A stretch of DNA of 64,000 nt from Felis catus (Eukaryota): NCBI RefSeq assembly GCF_018350175.1, contig NC_058368.1, forward strand, positions 63,676,001 to 63,740,000, in the 5' to 3' direction. Each line of letters starts with the position of its first letter. Position 1 is the first letter of the stretch. Shown here in pieces: positions 1 to 13,020 of this stretch. The notes below the pieces were generated by a model that saw only the letters and a list, made by a program, of their open reading frames with translations, was not told the DNA's origin and ran no database searches. The position numbers and the translations under genes were made by a program.

Positions 1-629
1 TAGTTCAGCTATATCCAAAGAAGCTTGAGTACACAGTATTAAATCTTTGGAAGTGAAATAAATTAATAATTTGGTCACACGGTTTCTGATCCCAGTTGGT
101 GATAAATGCCTAAGTAAGACAAGATTATGTTTATTATTATGATTTGTAACAACACCATTCCTACATAACTCCTAATGATTTGAAGCATTTATCTCTTATC
201 ATTTTCCTCTATTTACATACTTCTTTATGTAGAAAGCCTACTATATATAAGTTGTTTTTTATTTTACTTCTCCATATTATTAAATATTTTTTGGAAAAAT
301 TAGAAAAATTGATAATTGGTAAAATTTGGAAAAATTGATAGCTATAGAAGATTATATACATATATTGTTTTATTTCTCTGCTAAAATTCTCTATTTGTTC
401 ATGACTCTTATCTACTTTTTTCCTCTGGATCCCTTGACATACTCGTCATAGTTCTTTTAAAAGTCCTGGTCTGATAGTTCCAACATCGCTACAGCCATCT
501 CTAGTTACGGTTTTATTGTCTACTTTATGTTTTGACAGTGGGTCATTTTTTCCCTTGTCCCCAGTTTTTCTCATGAATACCAGGTGGAAGTCTTTGGAAA
601 AGAACTGGTGAATGATACAGATTTCTTTT

Positions 630-1268
630 ATGTGGAGGACTACCAGAAATTAACGAACAACGTGAGATACATGCACACATATACATGTATATACACATAC
701 GTGCACACACACCCCCCCACAAAATGGAATGTCATTCAGCCTTAGAAATGAAGGAAAGCCTGCCATTTGTGACAACAAGGATAAACTTGGAGGACGTTAT
801 GCTAAGTGAAATAATTTAGATACAGAAAGGCAAGTATTGTATGATTTCATTTATATATGGAATGTAAAATAATCAAATACTTAGAAACAGAGAGTGAAAT
901 AATGGTCACCAAGGGTGCGTGGGGCGGGGGGAGGAGAAATGGGGAGATGTTGGTCAAAGCATATAAACTATCGGATATGCAAAAAAGTTTTGGAGATCTG
1001 TGCAACAAAGGGTCTATGATTAAGAATTGTATATTTAAAAATTTACTGAGAGAATATTTCATATGTTAAGTGCTCTTATCGCAAAAGGAACAAGCACAGG
1101 TGTTAGAAAGGAACTTTTGAAGGTGATGGGTAAGCTTACAGCATTGATAGTGATGATGCTTTCATGGATATAAATCCATCACCAAACACCTCAAATTTTA
1201 TACATTAAATATCTATAACATTTTGTATGCAAATAATACCTCATTGAAGCAAGTTAAAAAATAAAAAC
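630..1268 (+). mobile_element. LINE-1 3' end (end of ORF2 plus 3'UTR; older L1MA/L1_Carn-type), 5'-truncated
   Basis: aaaatggaatgtcattcagcc...gccatttgtgacaacaaggataaacttggaggacgttatgctaagtgaaata is the typical ORF2 C-terminal motif. It is followed by L1 3'UTR sequence and an A-rich end near 1256-1268. Confidence 0.8.
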
Positions 1269-1290
1269 ATGCATTTAAATGTAACTTTTT

Positions 1291-1481
1291 AAAGTTTATT
1301 TATTTATTTTGCGAGAGAAAGAGAGTAGGCAGAGAGGGAGGGATAGAGAGACAATCCTAAGTGGGTTCTGCACCATCAGCTCAGAGCCCAATGTGGGGCT
1401 TGAACTCATAAGCTGTGAGATCATGATCTGAGCTAAAATCAAGAGTCAGATGCTTAACCAACTGAGCCACCCAGGCACCCT
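1291..1481 (-). mobile_element. CAN-SINE (SINEC)
   Basis: Reverse tRNA-derived head (ctgagccacccaggcaccc), (GA)n, T-rich tail; 18-bp TSD atttaaatgtaacttttt at 1273-1290 and 1482-1499. Confidence 0.95.
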
Positions 1482-2608
1482 ATTTAAATGTAACTTTTTA
1501 AGAAAAATATATTTTAAAATAGAAAACGAAAACAATGGACACTTAAGAGTTACACATTGATTCAGGCAAAATATTATAGTATTTCATTTTAATAAAAGGA
1601 GAGTTTTGGATTCCTAAGGGACAGGGGCATCTTAGGCCACAAGGAGCAGATTATAAATCTGTAAATGGTGCTCACACTATCTGAGTTTAGTCCTGGTGCT
1701 CTTCACAATGCCATGCTCTCACAACACTTTTATAACTCTCTCACAATCTGGAGATTTAGTTTTTAAGGAGTTTACTAACTTTCATAACTTTTTCAGTAAA
1801 GTTGTTACAATGGATTGTTTTATTTTATTTCTTCTGGAAGAGAGTGATTTGTTGAAAATACCTTAGTGACTTCTGATCTTATATCCTGTGTAATAGTGTC
1901 TTGTGGAGGATAAGTTATGTTCAGTCATTGTACCTTGTATTTCCAGCTGCTCCTTATCCCAGCACCATGGGGAAGTAAAGAAAAGCTGACTCATTCATTT
2001 ACACATTTTTACCTTAACCACTTACGTTTTTATGATATGGCAATTACATACCCATCAAAGATAGGGTGATAATAAGGATTCACAGGTGGGGCAAGTTGGT
2101 GTTTACCTGTGTAGCTAAAGCCTGAATGATTTTCAGAGGAAGGTAATTATTTGAAATTGCAAACTGGTTTTGGATAAAGCTGTAGAATACATTAGGTTGA
2201 ATAGAGAAAACTTAGTTCCAAGAAAAAGAGAACTTAGAAAAGAGTCACATAAAAATAGAAAAATTTAATGAAAAAAGGTTAGGAAAATTTGGGGGTCTGG
2301 AAGAACAAGAATGGAAATTGCAAGTGAAGGACAATGTGCATTGACTGGCTGGGGTTGGGTGGGAGATTTTGATCATGAAATCCAGACTTCTTGGAGAGTG
2401 GAGTCAGTGAAAAGAACACCAGCTTATATAATGGGCGCTCAACTTACAAAAATCCCTATGTTTACAACTTGTTATAGTATGAAATATAAACTGATTTTAA
2501 AAATGTAAAATCAGTTAATGAAAAATGAGCAGGCTCACAGTGGTGTGATTACTATATACAGTAGATAGATTGCCTGTATCCGTAAATTATTTAATAAGAA
2601 AATGTGTG

Positions 2609-3018
2609 TGTGATGGGTAATTTTATGTGTCAACTTGGCGAGTCTCTGGTGTCCAGATGTTTGGTTCAAAACCAGTATGGTTGTTGCTATGAAAGTATTT
2701 TTTAGATGCAATTAACATATCAGCAGACTTTGAATAAATCAGGTTACCTCCACAATGTGAGTACACCTCACCCAATCAGCTGAAGGCCTCAAGAGAAACA
2801 CTAAAGTTTCCTGAGGAAGAGGGAATTCTGCCTCCAGAATGCCTTAGGATGCATGCCTGTGGCATCAGCTCTTTTCTGGATACCTAGCCTGCAGGCCTGC
2901 CCTGAAGATTTTGGAATTGTCAGCCTCCACAATGGCATAAGCTAATTCCTTAAAATAAATCTCTCTCTCTTTATATATCAGTCTATTGGTTGTTTCCTGG
3001 AGAACTCTAAGTAATATA
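2609..3018 (+). mobile_element. ERV-L solo LTR, MLT2 family
   Basis: Starts tgtgatgggtaattttatgtgtcaacttgg, contains aataaa at ~2955 and ends ctggagaactctaagtaatata. These match MLT2 termini as I recall them. Confidence 0.8.
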
Positions 3019-4145
3019 ATGTGGATAACTTATTTTGAAACATTAATAAGGTAATCCTATCATTGCTTACTACATTAAGGTAGTTTTACAGATATGCAAA
3101 AAAATTAGTGATTTCCTATAGAAATAATTTGGGATTTTTGGTAACTATTCAAGTTATAACCAAAAATCATTAAAATTTAATGAGTAGGGATTTGGGAATT
3201 TAAGTTAGTTTTCATAATTTAATTTTAAATTCTAATAATTCTATTTATATGTAATAAATTATAATGCTTTCATTGATATTCTTGTGGAGAGTTAAAATAA
3301 GCCCCATACTGAATTATAACAGCGATTAGATTATCTTTTGTCACTTGGAACAAGGCCAAACTGCTTATTTACCTTTGTCATGTGCAGAAGACTTTCCATT
3401 TCTAGAATTGTGAGGCTGGCAGTGTTCCATAAGATGTGAAACGAATTCAGAAAAATTAATGTAAAACAGAGTCTTCACACAATGCAGATCTAGTGGGGTT
3501 CCTCTGCTTTTCGTTTAAGTTCCACAGTGTTCATGGTTGTCCTAGGAATTGGAGCTGAAAGCAACTTCTGGAATGTTTGAGAAAGAAATATAAATTCATG
3601 CCAAAGAATACTGCCAGTGCCTTTTTATAGGATAGCCTAGTTAAACATGAGAGACATCATAGGGATGGACAGAAATATTGTTTATTTTCCTCTCTTCCTT
3701 CTTTGTTAAAATTTTCATTTCTTGTCAGTGTGTAATGTCTCTTACATACTTTTGTCTATAACAGTGATGTTTAATATTGATTGATTTAAATTACTGTGTT
3801 CATTAGTTTCAGATGTACAATATAATGATTCAGCAATTCTGTACATTACCCAGTGCTCATTACAAGAGCGCTCCTTAATCCCCATCACCTATTTAACCCA
3901 TTCCCTTATTGCCCTCTCCTCTGGTAACCATTAGTTTTTTTTCTCTATAATTAAGAATCTGTTTCTTAATTTATCTCTATTTTCCCCCCATTGCTCCTTT
4001 ATTTTGTTTTTTAAATTCTAAATATGAGTGAAATTATATGCTATTTTTCTTTGACTTACTGCACTTAGTGTTATACACTCTAGCTCTATTCATGTCCTTG
4101 CAAATGGCAAGATTTCATTCTTTTTGTGACTGAATAATATTCCAT

Positions 4146-4146
<1 letters not shown>

Positions 4147-4180
<34 letters not shown>
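4147..4180. repeat. (TG)n microsatellite inside the L1 ORF2 end
   Basis: Direct reading. Confidence 0.97.
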
Positions 4181-4186
<6 letters not shown>

Positions 4187-5469
4187 CCACCTCTTTTTCC
4201 GTGGATACTTGGGCTGCTTCCACAATTTGGCTATCACAAATAACGCTGCTATAAACATAGGGATGCATCTATCTCTTTGAATTTGTATTTTTGTATACTT
4301 TGGTAAATACCCAGTAATGCAATTACTGGATTCTAGGGTAGTTCTATTTTTAACTTTTTGAGGAACCTCCATACTGTTTTCCAGAGTGGCTGCACCAGTT
4401 TGCATTCTCACCAACAGTGCACGAGGGTTCCTTTTCTCCGCATCCTCGCCAACACTTGTTTCTTGTGTTGTTGATGTCAGCTATTCTGACAGGTGTGAGG
4501 TGATATATCATTGTAGTTTTGATTTGTATTTCCCTAATGATGAGTGATGTTGAGCATCTTTTCACGTGTCCGTTGGTCATCTGTACGTCTTTTTTGGAGA
4601 AATGTCTGTTCATGTTTTCTGCCCATCTTTTTAATTGGGTATTTGTTTTTTGAATATTGAGCTGTATAAGTTATTTATTTTGGATAATAACCCCTTACCA
4701 GAGATGTCATTGGCAAATATCTCCTCCCATTCCACAGGTGGCCTTTTAGTTTTGTTGATTGTTTTCTTTGCTGTACAGAAGCTTTTTATTTTGATGTAGT
4801 CCCAATCGTTTATTTTTGCTTGTTTCCCTTGCTTCAGGAGACCTATCTAGAAAGAAGATTTCTTTCTGTTTATTCTTTGCACATATATTTTTGATATATG
4901 GTTACTATTAGTTTGTATATATCCTCTTCTGCATATAGCAGTCTGTATTAAATGGATGGTCATCTAAGTTTAACCCATTCTTTACTCCTCCCCACATTTT
5001 AGGTATATGTTGTCATATTTTACATCCTTTTATTTTGTGAGTTCCTTGAATGACTTTTACAGAGATATTTGTATTTACTGCATTTGTGTTTCCCACCATC
5101 ATACTGTCACTTTCCATCTCTGCTTTCCACTCAGAGTCCCTTTTATTACTTTTTGCAGGGTTGGTTTAGTGGTCCTAAACTCCTTTAGTTTTTGTTTGTC
5201 TGAGAAACTCTTTGCCTCTCCTTCTATTCTGAAGGACAACCTTGCTGTATAGAATATTCTTAGCTACAGATTTTTCTCATTCAGCAATCAGAATAGATCA
5301 TGCCACTCCTTTTTGGTTTGGAGAGTTTCTGCTGAAAAATCCCTTGCTAGACTTATGGGTTTTCCTTTGTATGTTAGTGTCTTCTTTTGTCTTGCTGCTT
5401 TTAAATTTTTTTCTTTATCACTATATTTTGCCAATTTAATACAGTATGTCCTGGTGTGGATATGCTTTT

Positions 5470-5473
5470 GATT

Positions 5474-5512
<39 letters not shown>

Positions 5513-5723
5513 TTTTTCATTTGAGAGAGAGGGAGAGAGAGAGAGGAGGGGAGAGAGGGTGTAGAGTCTGAAGTGGGGATTGAACTCATTCGAAGCAGGG
5601 CTCAAGCTCACCCAAAGTGGGGTTGAAGCTCACCCAATGTAGGCAGAACTCGAGATCACAAACTGTGAGATATGACCTGAGCTGAAGTTGGATGTTTAAC
5701 TGACTGAGCCACTCAGGCATTCC
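5470..5723 (-). mobile_element. CAN-SINE variant with a tandemly repeated 22-bp B-box segment, inserted in L1 ORF1
   Basis: (TTTA)n tail, (GA)n, head ctgagccactcaggca; TSD-like tgcttttg on both sides. Confidence 0.9.
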
Positions 5724-7416
5724 TGCTTTTGTTGATTTTATTTTGCTGGGGGTTCTCTGTGATTCCTAGCTCTGAAAATCTATTTCCTAACCCAGATTAA
5801 GGAGTTTTTCAGCTATTAGTTCTTCAAATAAATTTTCTGTCCCCTTTTCTCTCTCTTCTTCTTCTGGGACTCCTCTAATATGAATGTTATTACATTTGAT
5901 GGAGTCACTGACTTCGCTAAGTCTATTCTCATTTTGCATAATTCTTTTTTCTCTTTTGTTCAGTTTGATTACTTCATTACTCTCTCTTCTAGGTAATTAA
6001 TTCCTTCCTCTGCTTCTTTCAGCCTGCTCTTTGTTCCATCAAGTGTGTTTCTCATCTTGTTTATTGAATCATTTATCTCTGCTTAGTTATCTCTGTGTTA
6101 AGGTTCTCACTGATGTCTTACATTCTTTTCTCAAGTCCAGTGAATACCCTTATGATCATTGCTTCAAATACTCCATCAGGCATGTTACTTATATCTGTTT
6201 CACTTATATCTCTGGCTGTGGCTTTGTCAGTTTCTTTCATTTGGGATAAATTTCTCTGTTCTCATTTTATTTAAGTCTCTCTGCCTATTTCTCTGTGTTA
6301 GGGAAGTCAGCTGCATCTCCTGTTCTTTAGAAGAAAGGCAAAGAAAAGAGTCCTGTAGTGCCATGAAGTGTGGTGTCCCCTGTTACCTAGGGCCTGGTGC
6401 TTTCAGGAGTGTCCCTAGTGTGTGCTGTATGTACTCTGATGTTTTCTCCTGTCTGCTTTATCCTTCAGGCTACTCCTTTGCAAAGTATCTCTTTGTCTGT
6501 TGTGGGCATTGTTTGGTCCTTTGCCTGAATATGGTGCATTTTTACTAGGTATGCTCTGGTATATTTGTGAAATGAGACCTGTAACTACCACTGCAGGAAC
6601 AAAGCCTCTGCAAAGCTCCCATATTGGGGCTCGCAGTGTTGGCATGGGTTTGGGCTGGTCTTTTGGGAGAGGAGACCTGCTGTGCTGGGTCTGAGGCAAG
6701 TGTGACTGGAAAAGGTGGTTTCAGCAGAGTGTGGGGTCAGGGCTTGGTGTAAGCAAGTTAGGTAGTGAATGTCCCTGCTCTGCTGGTTCCTGAGGGTGGT
6801 CCTGTGCTCATCCTGAGGGATGGGGGGTGGAGATGATGCAGGCCAGTTCCTTTTTCCCTGAGAGGTCTCTCTGTGAACACTCTCTCTGAGATAAGCTTTA
6901 AGATGAGCAAATAACATCGCAACTCTGTCCCAGGCAGTCTTCAGATCACTGTTTCCATGCTGTATGTCTGCAGGCTCTTTGCCTGCCTTTTCTCAGAGAA
7001 TAGTGAAATGCCCTCTGGGCCCTATCCCAAGTTGGCCTGCTGAACCTTTCACTGCTGCTGGTTGCCAGAGTCATGAAATTCAGCCCCTCTTGTTTTCCAA
7101 GCCAATTGCTGTGGGGAGTCACTTTTGCTGTGTGTTCCTCTGTGTGTTAGTCTGTCTCTCACTTTTCTCCATGACTGTGGCTCCCTCCTCACAGCAGTGG
7201 CCATAATCCACTTCTCTCTCAAACTGTGTCTTAACATTTCTTGTCTTCTTCCATGAGGTTTCTTCTCTACCTTTAGGTATGGAGTTTGTTCTTGTAGTGT
7301 TCAGTCAGTTTCTAGGGTATTTAGGATGATTTGATAGTTATCTTGTAGTCATGGGACTAGCTGAGCCTGGGTTCCTCCTCCTCCACCACCATCTTCCAAC
7401 CTCTGATGTTTAACTT

Positions 7417-7642
7417 GTTTTTAATGTTTTTATTTAAATTCCAGTTAGTTAACATACAGTGTAATATTAGTTTCAGGTGTACAATTTAGTGATTCAACAC
7501 TCCCGTAACATACCTGGTGCTCATCACAAGTGCACTCCTTAATCTGCATCACCTCTTTCACTCATCCCTCCCCCACCTCCCCTATAGTAACTATCAATTT
7601 GTTCTCTATAGTTAAGAGTCTGTTTCTTGGTTTGTCTCTGTG
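7417..7642 (-). mobile_element. Short 5'-truncated LINE-1 (3'UTR only)
   Basis: T-rich tail, then agttagttaacatacagtgtaatattagtttcagg..., homologous to 3790-3970 and 27560-27770; TSD tgatgtttaactt at 7404-7416 and 7643-7655. Confidence 0.88.
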
Positions 7643-10600
7643 TGATGTTTAACTTTTATATATAGGTTTCCTCTATAGCTGTGCATCCTTTTGCTAATGA
7701 GATACCATCTTTTTGATGTAGAATAAAAGAAATGTAAAATAGGGATCACATAATTTAAAAATTCAAGGGAAAATTAAAAATAGGGGCAGTCTTTGAACAT
7801 TACAAAACCTGTAAAATGAAGAGTAAAAGGAATGAATGATTTCTCAGCTTCTTTGAAATTTACATCCCTTGTCTGATGTTCACCATCTTTCCAGTGAGCA
7901 AACTGAGGCCCAAATGTTTTATACCATGTTAGTCATAGAGCTAATTAGTCCACATCTTTGGACTCTTCGTTAAATACCTTGTCTCTGATGCCCCAAAGAT
8001 GAAATTTACCCTAGAAACGTATTGTGGCAGGGTGTGTTTCCTTATGTTACCATTCAGTTTAGTACAATGCCATTTTATGATTGATGTATTGTGGTCACAA
8101 TTAATACAAAACATTAAACTTTCATTTCAACACATGAAGATACTTAAAAATGAAATAAAAATAATTCAGATCACTTCAGGCAGATTTTTTAACACAAAAT
8201 AAATTTCTACTGCCCGCCCCCCCCCCCCCCAAACTGGAATTTTAGAAAGTGCAGACTAATCTATTCTTCAAAGAGAAATGGCATTAATTATCTTCTGCTC
8301 AAACACTAACCAAGGGCTTATTTTCTTTAGGTCATTTTTCCTGCTTTCTGCTTTACTTTAACCTGGGCTAGACCAGGTAGGAGTTGGTTCTTTGGGTGTC
8401 TACACATCTGGGAATCAACTGCTCTCTTGCCTAGTAAGGCCGAGGGTTACTTTCAGGTTTTCAAGGTGAGAACATGTATTCATCCTTTCTTGCAGGCATT
8501 TTCTTACCATGGTATGTTACTCTTAGTAAGAGTGAGATACATACATGAATATTTGTTTCATCAAATACCTGTTCCCATTTACTTAAAAAAATGTCAAAGC
8601 AATGGAAATTACATACAAGTCCACTGCATTATTTACTTATTAAAAAAATCACTCTTGTATTACTGATGAAAAAATGTTATTCTACCATTGCTGTCAAATT
8701 CAGGTATACAAATGTAGATATTGAAGTTTCTGTGGCATGGTACATTGAGTGTCAGAAACATGCTTACTAATTTTTATGTACATAATTAATGTCCTCTTGA
8801 TTTTGCAGCCGACTTTTCCTCTCCTTGTATGTGTATGGCTTGTTTCTGTATCTGGAGGAACTGGATGTCATTTACTTAGCAATAAAACAGTCCCTAGATT
8901 TAGAGGGTTTTACTTTTTTCCCTCAGAAATATAAATATTCCATCAGTGAAAATTTGTTCTAGAGCAACTTGAAGGGTTTAGTAAAGATAATTGAGCAATC
9001 AATAAAAACACTTAAAAATGTTCATACGTTAATATTTTACATCTCTTAATGAATTTTAAATGTTATTTGGTACTGAATATTGAAATCCAGTGATGGTGTA
9101 TACCATTCTTTAGGTTATATATAGCTTTGGGAACTTATTAAATAATAATTGGCCATATTAAATGCTAGCACCAGCTAAACCCATAATTCTGAAACCAGCT
9201 TAATTTCTGCCTTATTTCTTGAAACTGTGGTTATTACAGAACTGCAAACTTGAGAAATAACATTATTATTTACCTTTTCTACATTACCTCTTTCTAAAAA
9301 TCATCTGTGGCATCTTTACTGAGATATAGGATCAAGTGAGTAAGGGGATTGGACCACTGGGGAAAGGACCGATGGGATGCTTGTGCTCAGAAATTCAGTT
9401 TTTCAGTTGATATTGTCTCAATTTCTTTTAAATGTATGAACTACTTTGGATTTAATACAAATAAAGCTCTGGGTCCATTTTTCACTTTGTTGCAATTACT
9501 GTAGTATTTCTCCAACAAGAGTGTTGCACTTAGAAGTTAACAAAATTGGGCCTTTAATCAGCAATTTAGGTCAGGGAAAGTAAACAATATCAGTATATGG
9601 TTTACAGTATTTATTACATAAAAGAGACCTAAATTATTCTGCAGATCAGAAGAGCAACACCAAACATTTGGCCTTTATCCCTCAAGGTGCAAAAAGTGAA
9701 TTTTATCCAGCCAGAAGTAGGGTCTTCTGCAGGGGAGGTAATTAGCTGAGCAGAGAGATGGGGATGGTGAGATGGGAGGGCAAGGTAGTTTGAAGAAGTA
9801 TCGTCCTTCTAAAGTTTTTGTTTAAAGCTTCAAAATGCTATCCAGACTCGTTTGGAGGAGGTTCTGGTGTGGGGCCAGAGGGAGAGAAGATTTTTATACG
9901 TACGTGAGCTAAAAGACTGTACCTAAAATAGTCATCAGTTATCCCAACGTCTATAACACTCTTACGGGACTCATTCTGCTAGACATTGGGAAGAGAAAGA
10001 TGAATTTGATCTGTCTCGAGTTGAAGACCTTGCTGCTGGCTGAGAAGAACGGTGGCTAGACAAGGGGTAATCCCAGTCTGGCATGATTGTGCTGTAGCAT
10101 GAATGCTGACTGGTCTGTTGAAACAGAGAAGGCAACATGCTTTTCTTCCAAGATAGGGAAAAAAATGGGAATTGGAAGTGCAATATTGTCTCTGAACCTG
10201 GTTAGAGGAAGCTAGATTGAAAGCGTTAGAGCCCAGAAAGCCAGATTTAATTTTTGCTTTTAACTTAGCTTTGTGTGATCGACAAGGAGTTTTGCCTTCT
10301 AAAGGAGTGTGTCACATGAAGACAAGTCTCTGTCAGTGGCTATGGCTCGCCATTTCCGTAGCTGCTTTCTTTTGCTTGATTCAAGAGTTTTGGGAATAAT
10401 GAATCCAAGCTGATTTTATTATTACATTTGGGTATGAAATGTCGATGTAATTAGCATACATGGAGTGAAGGTTACTTTTTGGCTTACAGAATGAGACACT
10501 TTGTTTTGCTTATCAATACTGAGCTGGCCAGACAGCTTAGACATTAGTATATTTATTTTATTTATACTTCTCCTGCTTTCTTAAACATTGGGTTTCATGT

Positions 10601-10779
10601 TAGTTAAAATTACTTTTAAGGTTACTTACATTACGTTAAAAAATAACAAAAAATTGTATATATTTGATTTTTCTTAGTTTTATTAAATTTATCTCAAAGG
10701 GGATTATAGAGGAGAGGAAGTAAAATCATGAAAAGCCCAAGTGTTGGGGTGATACCCAGATTTAAGCTGCAGCTGTCTT

Positions 10780-11016
10780 TCTTTTTAATGTTTATTTATT
10801 TTTGAGAGAGAAAGAGAGAGAGAGAATGAGAGAGAGAATGAGAGAGAATGAGCAGGGGGAGGGGCAGAGAGAGAAAGAGGGAGACGCAGAATCCAAAGAA
10901 GGCTCTGGGCTATGAGCTGTCAACACAGAGCCCTATGTGAGGCTTGAACTCATGAACTGAGAGACCATGACCTCACCTGAAGTCAGGCACTTAACTGAGT
11001 CACCCAGGTGCCCCAC
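10780..11016 (-). mobile_element. CAN-SINE
   Basis: SINE body; 15-bp TSD agctgcagctgtctt at 10765-10779 and 11017-11031. Confidence 0.95.
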
Positions 11017-11082
11017 AGCTGCAGCTGTCTTAATTTATACTTGGTGCTTTGAGAAAAATCATATCTCTGTTTCAGGTTTTTG

Positions 11083-11086
<4 letters not shown>

Positions 11087-11130
<44 letters not shown>
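11087..11130. repeat. (TG)n microsatellite
   Basis: Direct reading. Confidence 0.97.
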
Positions 11131-11132
<2 letters not shown>

Positions 11133-11230
11133 AACACAGAATATTTAAAAGTCTATATCTCATGAGAGAATTAAGGCAAAGTTTGCCATTGTGCCTATGA
11201 AAAATAATCATGTAGTAAGTGCTAATTAAA

Positions 11231-11440
11231 TTTTTTTAAAAACATTTATTTACTTGTGAGAGATGGAGATAGAGCACGAGTGGGGAGGGGCAGAGAGAGA
11301 GGGAGACACAGCATCTGAAGTAGGCTCCAGGCTCTGAGCTGTCAGCACAGAGCCCAGCACGGGCCTCAAACTCAAGAGCCACGAGATCATGACTGGAGCC
11401 GAAGTTGGACGCTTAACTGACTGAGCCACCCAGGTGCCTC
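11231..11440 (-). mobile_element. CAN-SINE
   Basis: ggctccaggctctgagctgtcagcacagagccc...ctgagccacccaggtgcc. Confidence 0.93.
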
Positions 11441-12770
11441 ATCATTTTTAATAACAAAATAATACCAGCATTGTTAACTTGATAGAGAGAGAGATGAAGT
11501 GATTGAAGATCTGGGAGATGTAGAGGGTAGTTTTCCCTTGTGATAAAAAAATACATAGTTTATTCTGATTCCCCCCATCGTAGTTAGTTAATTGAGCTTA
11601 CAAGTGTCCTGGCGATTTTCCCTCAGGGACTTAGGCTGTGGAATAAGATCCTGGTTGTTTCATTGCCTTCTCTTATGACCTCATGTATCTGGGTCGCATC
11701 AGCTCCTGGCTCTCCATCCTTGACCTGGGTCCTGTTCTAAATGCTAAACTTGTTTCCCGTTTTTCCCTAGCTCCAGATAAGGCACTGATAGGGACCATCC
11801 GAGGGTGCTGAGTCCTCAATCCCCAGGTAGTCTGAGCTTCACAGTAGCATTTCACTGAAAATAGTCTTTGCTTTCTTTTATGACAAGCAAATATTTTAGG
11901 GATCACTGCATAGTTGCCGTCATTTTTTGCCAAATTTTTTGCATTATCTTTTCTAATTTTAACATACATGCAGAAGTGTGGCCCCCCTCCCCTTCTTTGG
12001 CCTTCTGTGAAAAATCTAATATTCAAACCATTGCTTCTGTCCACTTAAAGAAACAGGGATTATAGTGTACACTCACCTTTAGATTCTGGCTTGCTGGAGG
12101 TGATCAAGAATTTTGTAGCAGATTGGTATCACTTGGTGACGTGAAATTGGCCAGAGTAGAAGTACCTACACCAGAATCAACAAATACTACAATCAGCTCT
12201 TTTTTTCTCCATCTAGAACTGATTAGTCTAGAGCCTCTGACACTGGTATTCTAACATTTTGGGCTGGGGTAGTAGTAGATGCATGCCTTCTTCATTTGAA
12301 AGAAAAGAAAAATCCTATACAAATCCTATACGTTTTCTTTCTGTTGATTTCACCTGTAGCCTTTTCAGCCACTACCATGGCAAAGAGCTGCTGTCTTCTT
12401 TTATATATCAAGGGATAATAGACTGCGTGTATGTTGGCATTTGTGAAATCCAATGCATTTAATTCCCTACAATCCAAAGCAGACCACGATTATCCTTGTT
12501 ACTACAGGATGTGAGGCACCAAGGGAGGAAGGTATTGGCATATTGGCACTTTTCTTAAGTAAAAGTAAACTTTGCAGCAAAGATGTCATTTAATTTATAT
12601 GAAATTCCTTAAAGTTAATGAATATAACCCTAAAATAGATCAGGTGCTTATTTCTATTAATTTATTATGTTAGCATAAAATCTTATTTTGAGCATAATGT
12701 TAAATAAAACCTCTTTGGTACAGTGCTATGGATAGGTCTCTCAGATTCTAGTTTGGTGGATTCTCTCTTT

Positions 12771-12799
12771 AAAAAATTTTTTTTTAACGTTTGTCTATT

Positions 12800-12856
<57 letters not shown>

Positions 12857-13020
12857 ACGAGCAGGGGAGGGGCAGAGAGAGAGGGAGACACAGAATCTGA
12901 AGTAGGCTTGGGCTCTGAGCTGTCAGCACAGAGCCCAACATGGGGCTTGAGATCATGACCTGTGAGCTCATGACCTGAGCCGAAGTCAGATGCCTAACTA
13001 ACCAAGCCACGAGGCACCCT
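12771..13020 (-). mobile_element. CAN-SINE with long (GA)n
   Basis: SINE body; degenerate TSD gtggattctct / gtggagtctct. Confidence 0.93.

Larger units (their letters stand above)
3775..7403 (-). mobile_element. Internally deleted LINE-1 (5'UTR + ORF1 + part of spacer fused to the last ~270 codons of ORF2 + 3'UTR); half-L1-like
   Basis: The minus-strand 5' end gaggttggaagatggtgg is a YY1-type L1 start. ORF1 C-terminus reads ARLSFRIEGEAKSFSDKQKLKEFRTTKPTLQ at ~5155-5250. ORF2 C-terminal pieces lie in ORFs 4350-4613 and 4115-4414. There is an abrupt junction at ~4857 and a TSD tgatgtttaa at 3765-3774 and 7404-7413. Confidence 0.85.

Noticed and set aside
2489..2516. 11-bp inverted repeat aactgatttta/taaaatcagtt (similar one at ~17393-17417)
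   Set aside because: Short AT-rich hairpins with no TSD or miRNA-like stem; consistent with chance.
12076..12165. Minus-strand exon-like segment (tag|...aag|gtgagt)
   Set aside because: Stops in all three frames, weak pyrimidine tract, and opposite to the inferred transcription direction.
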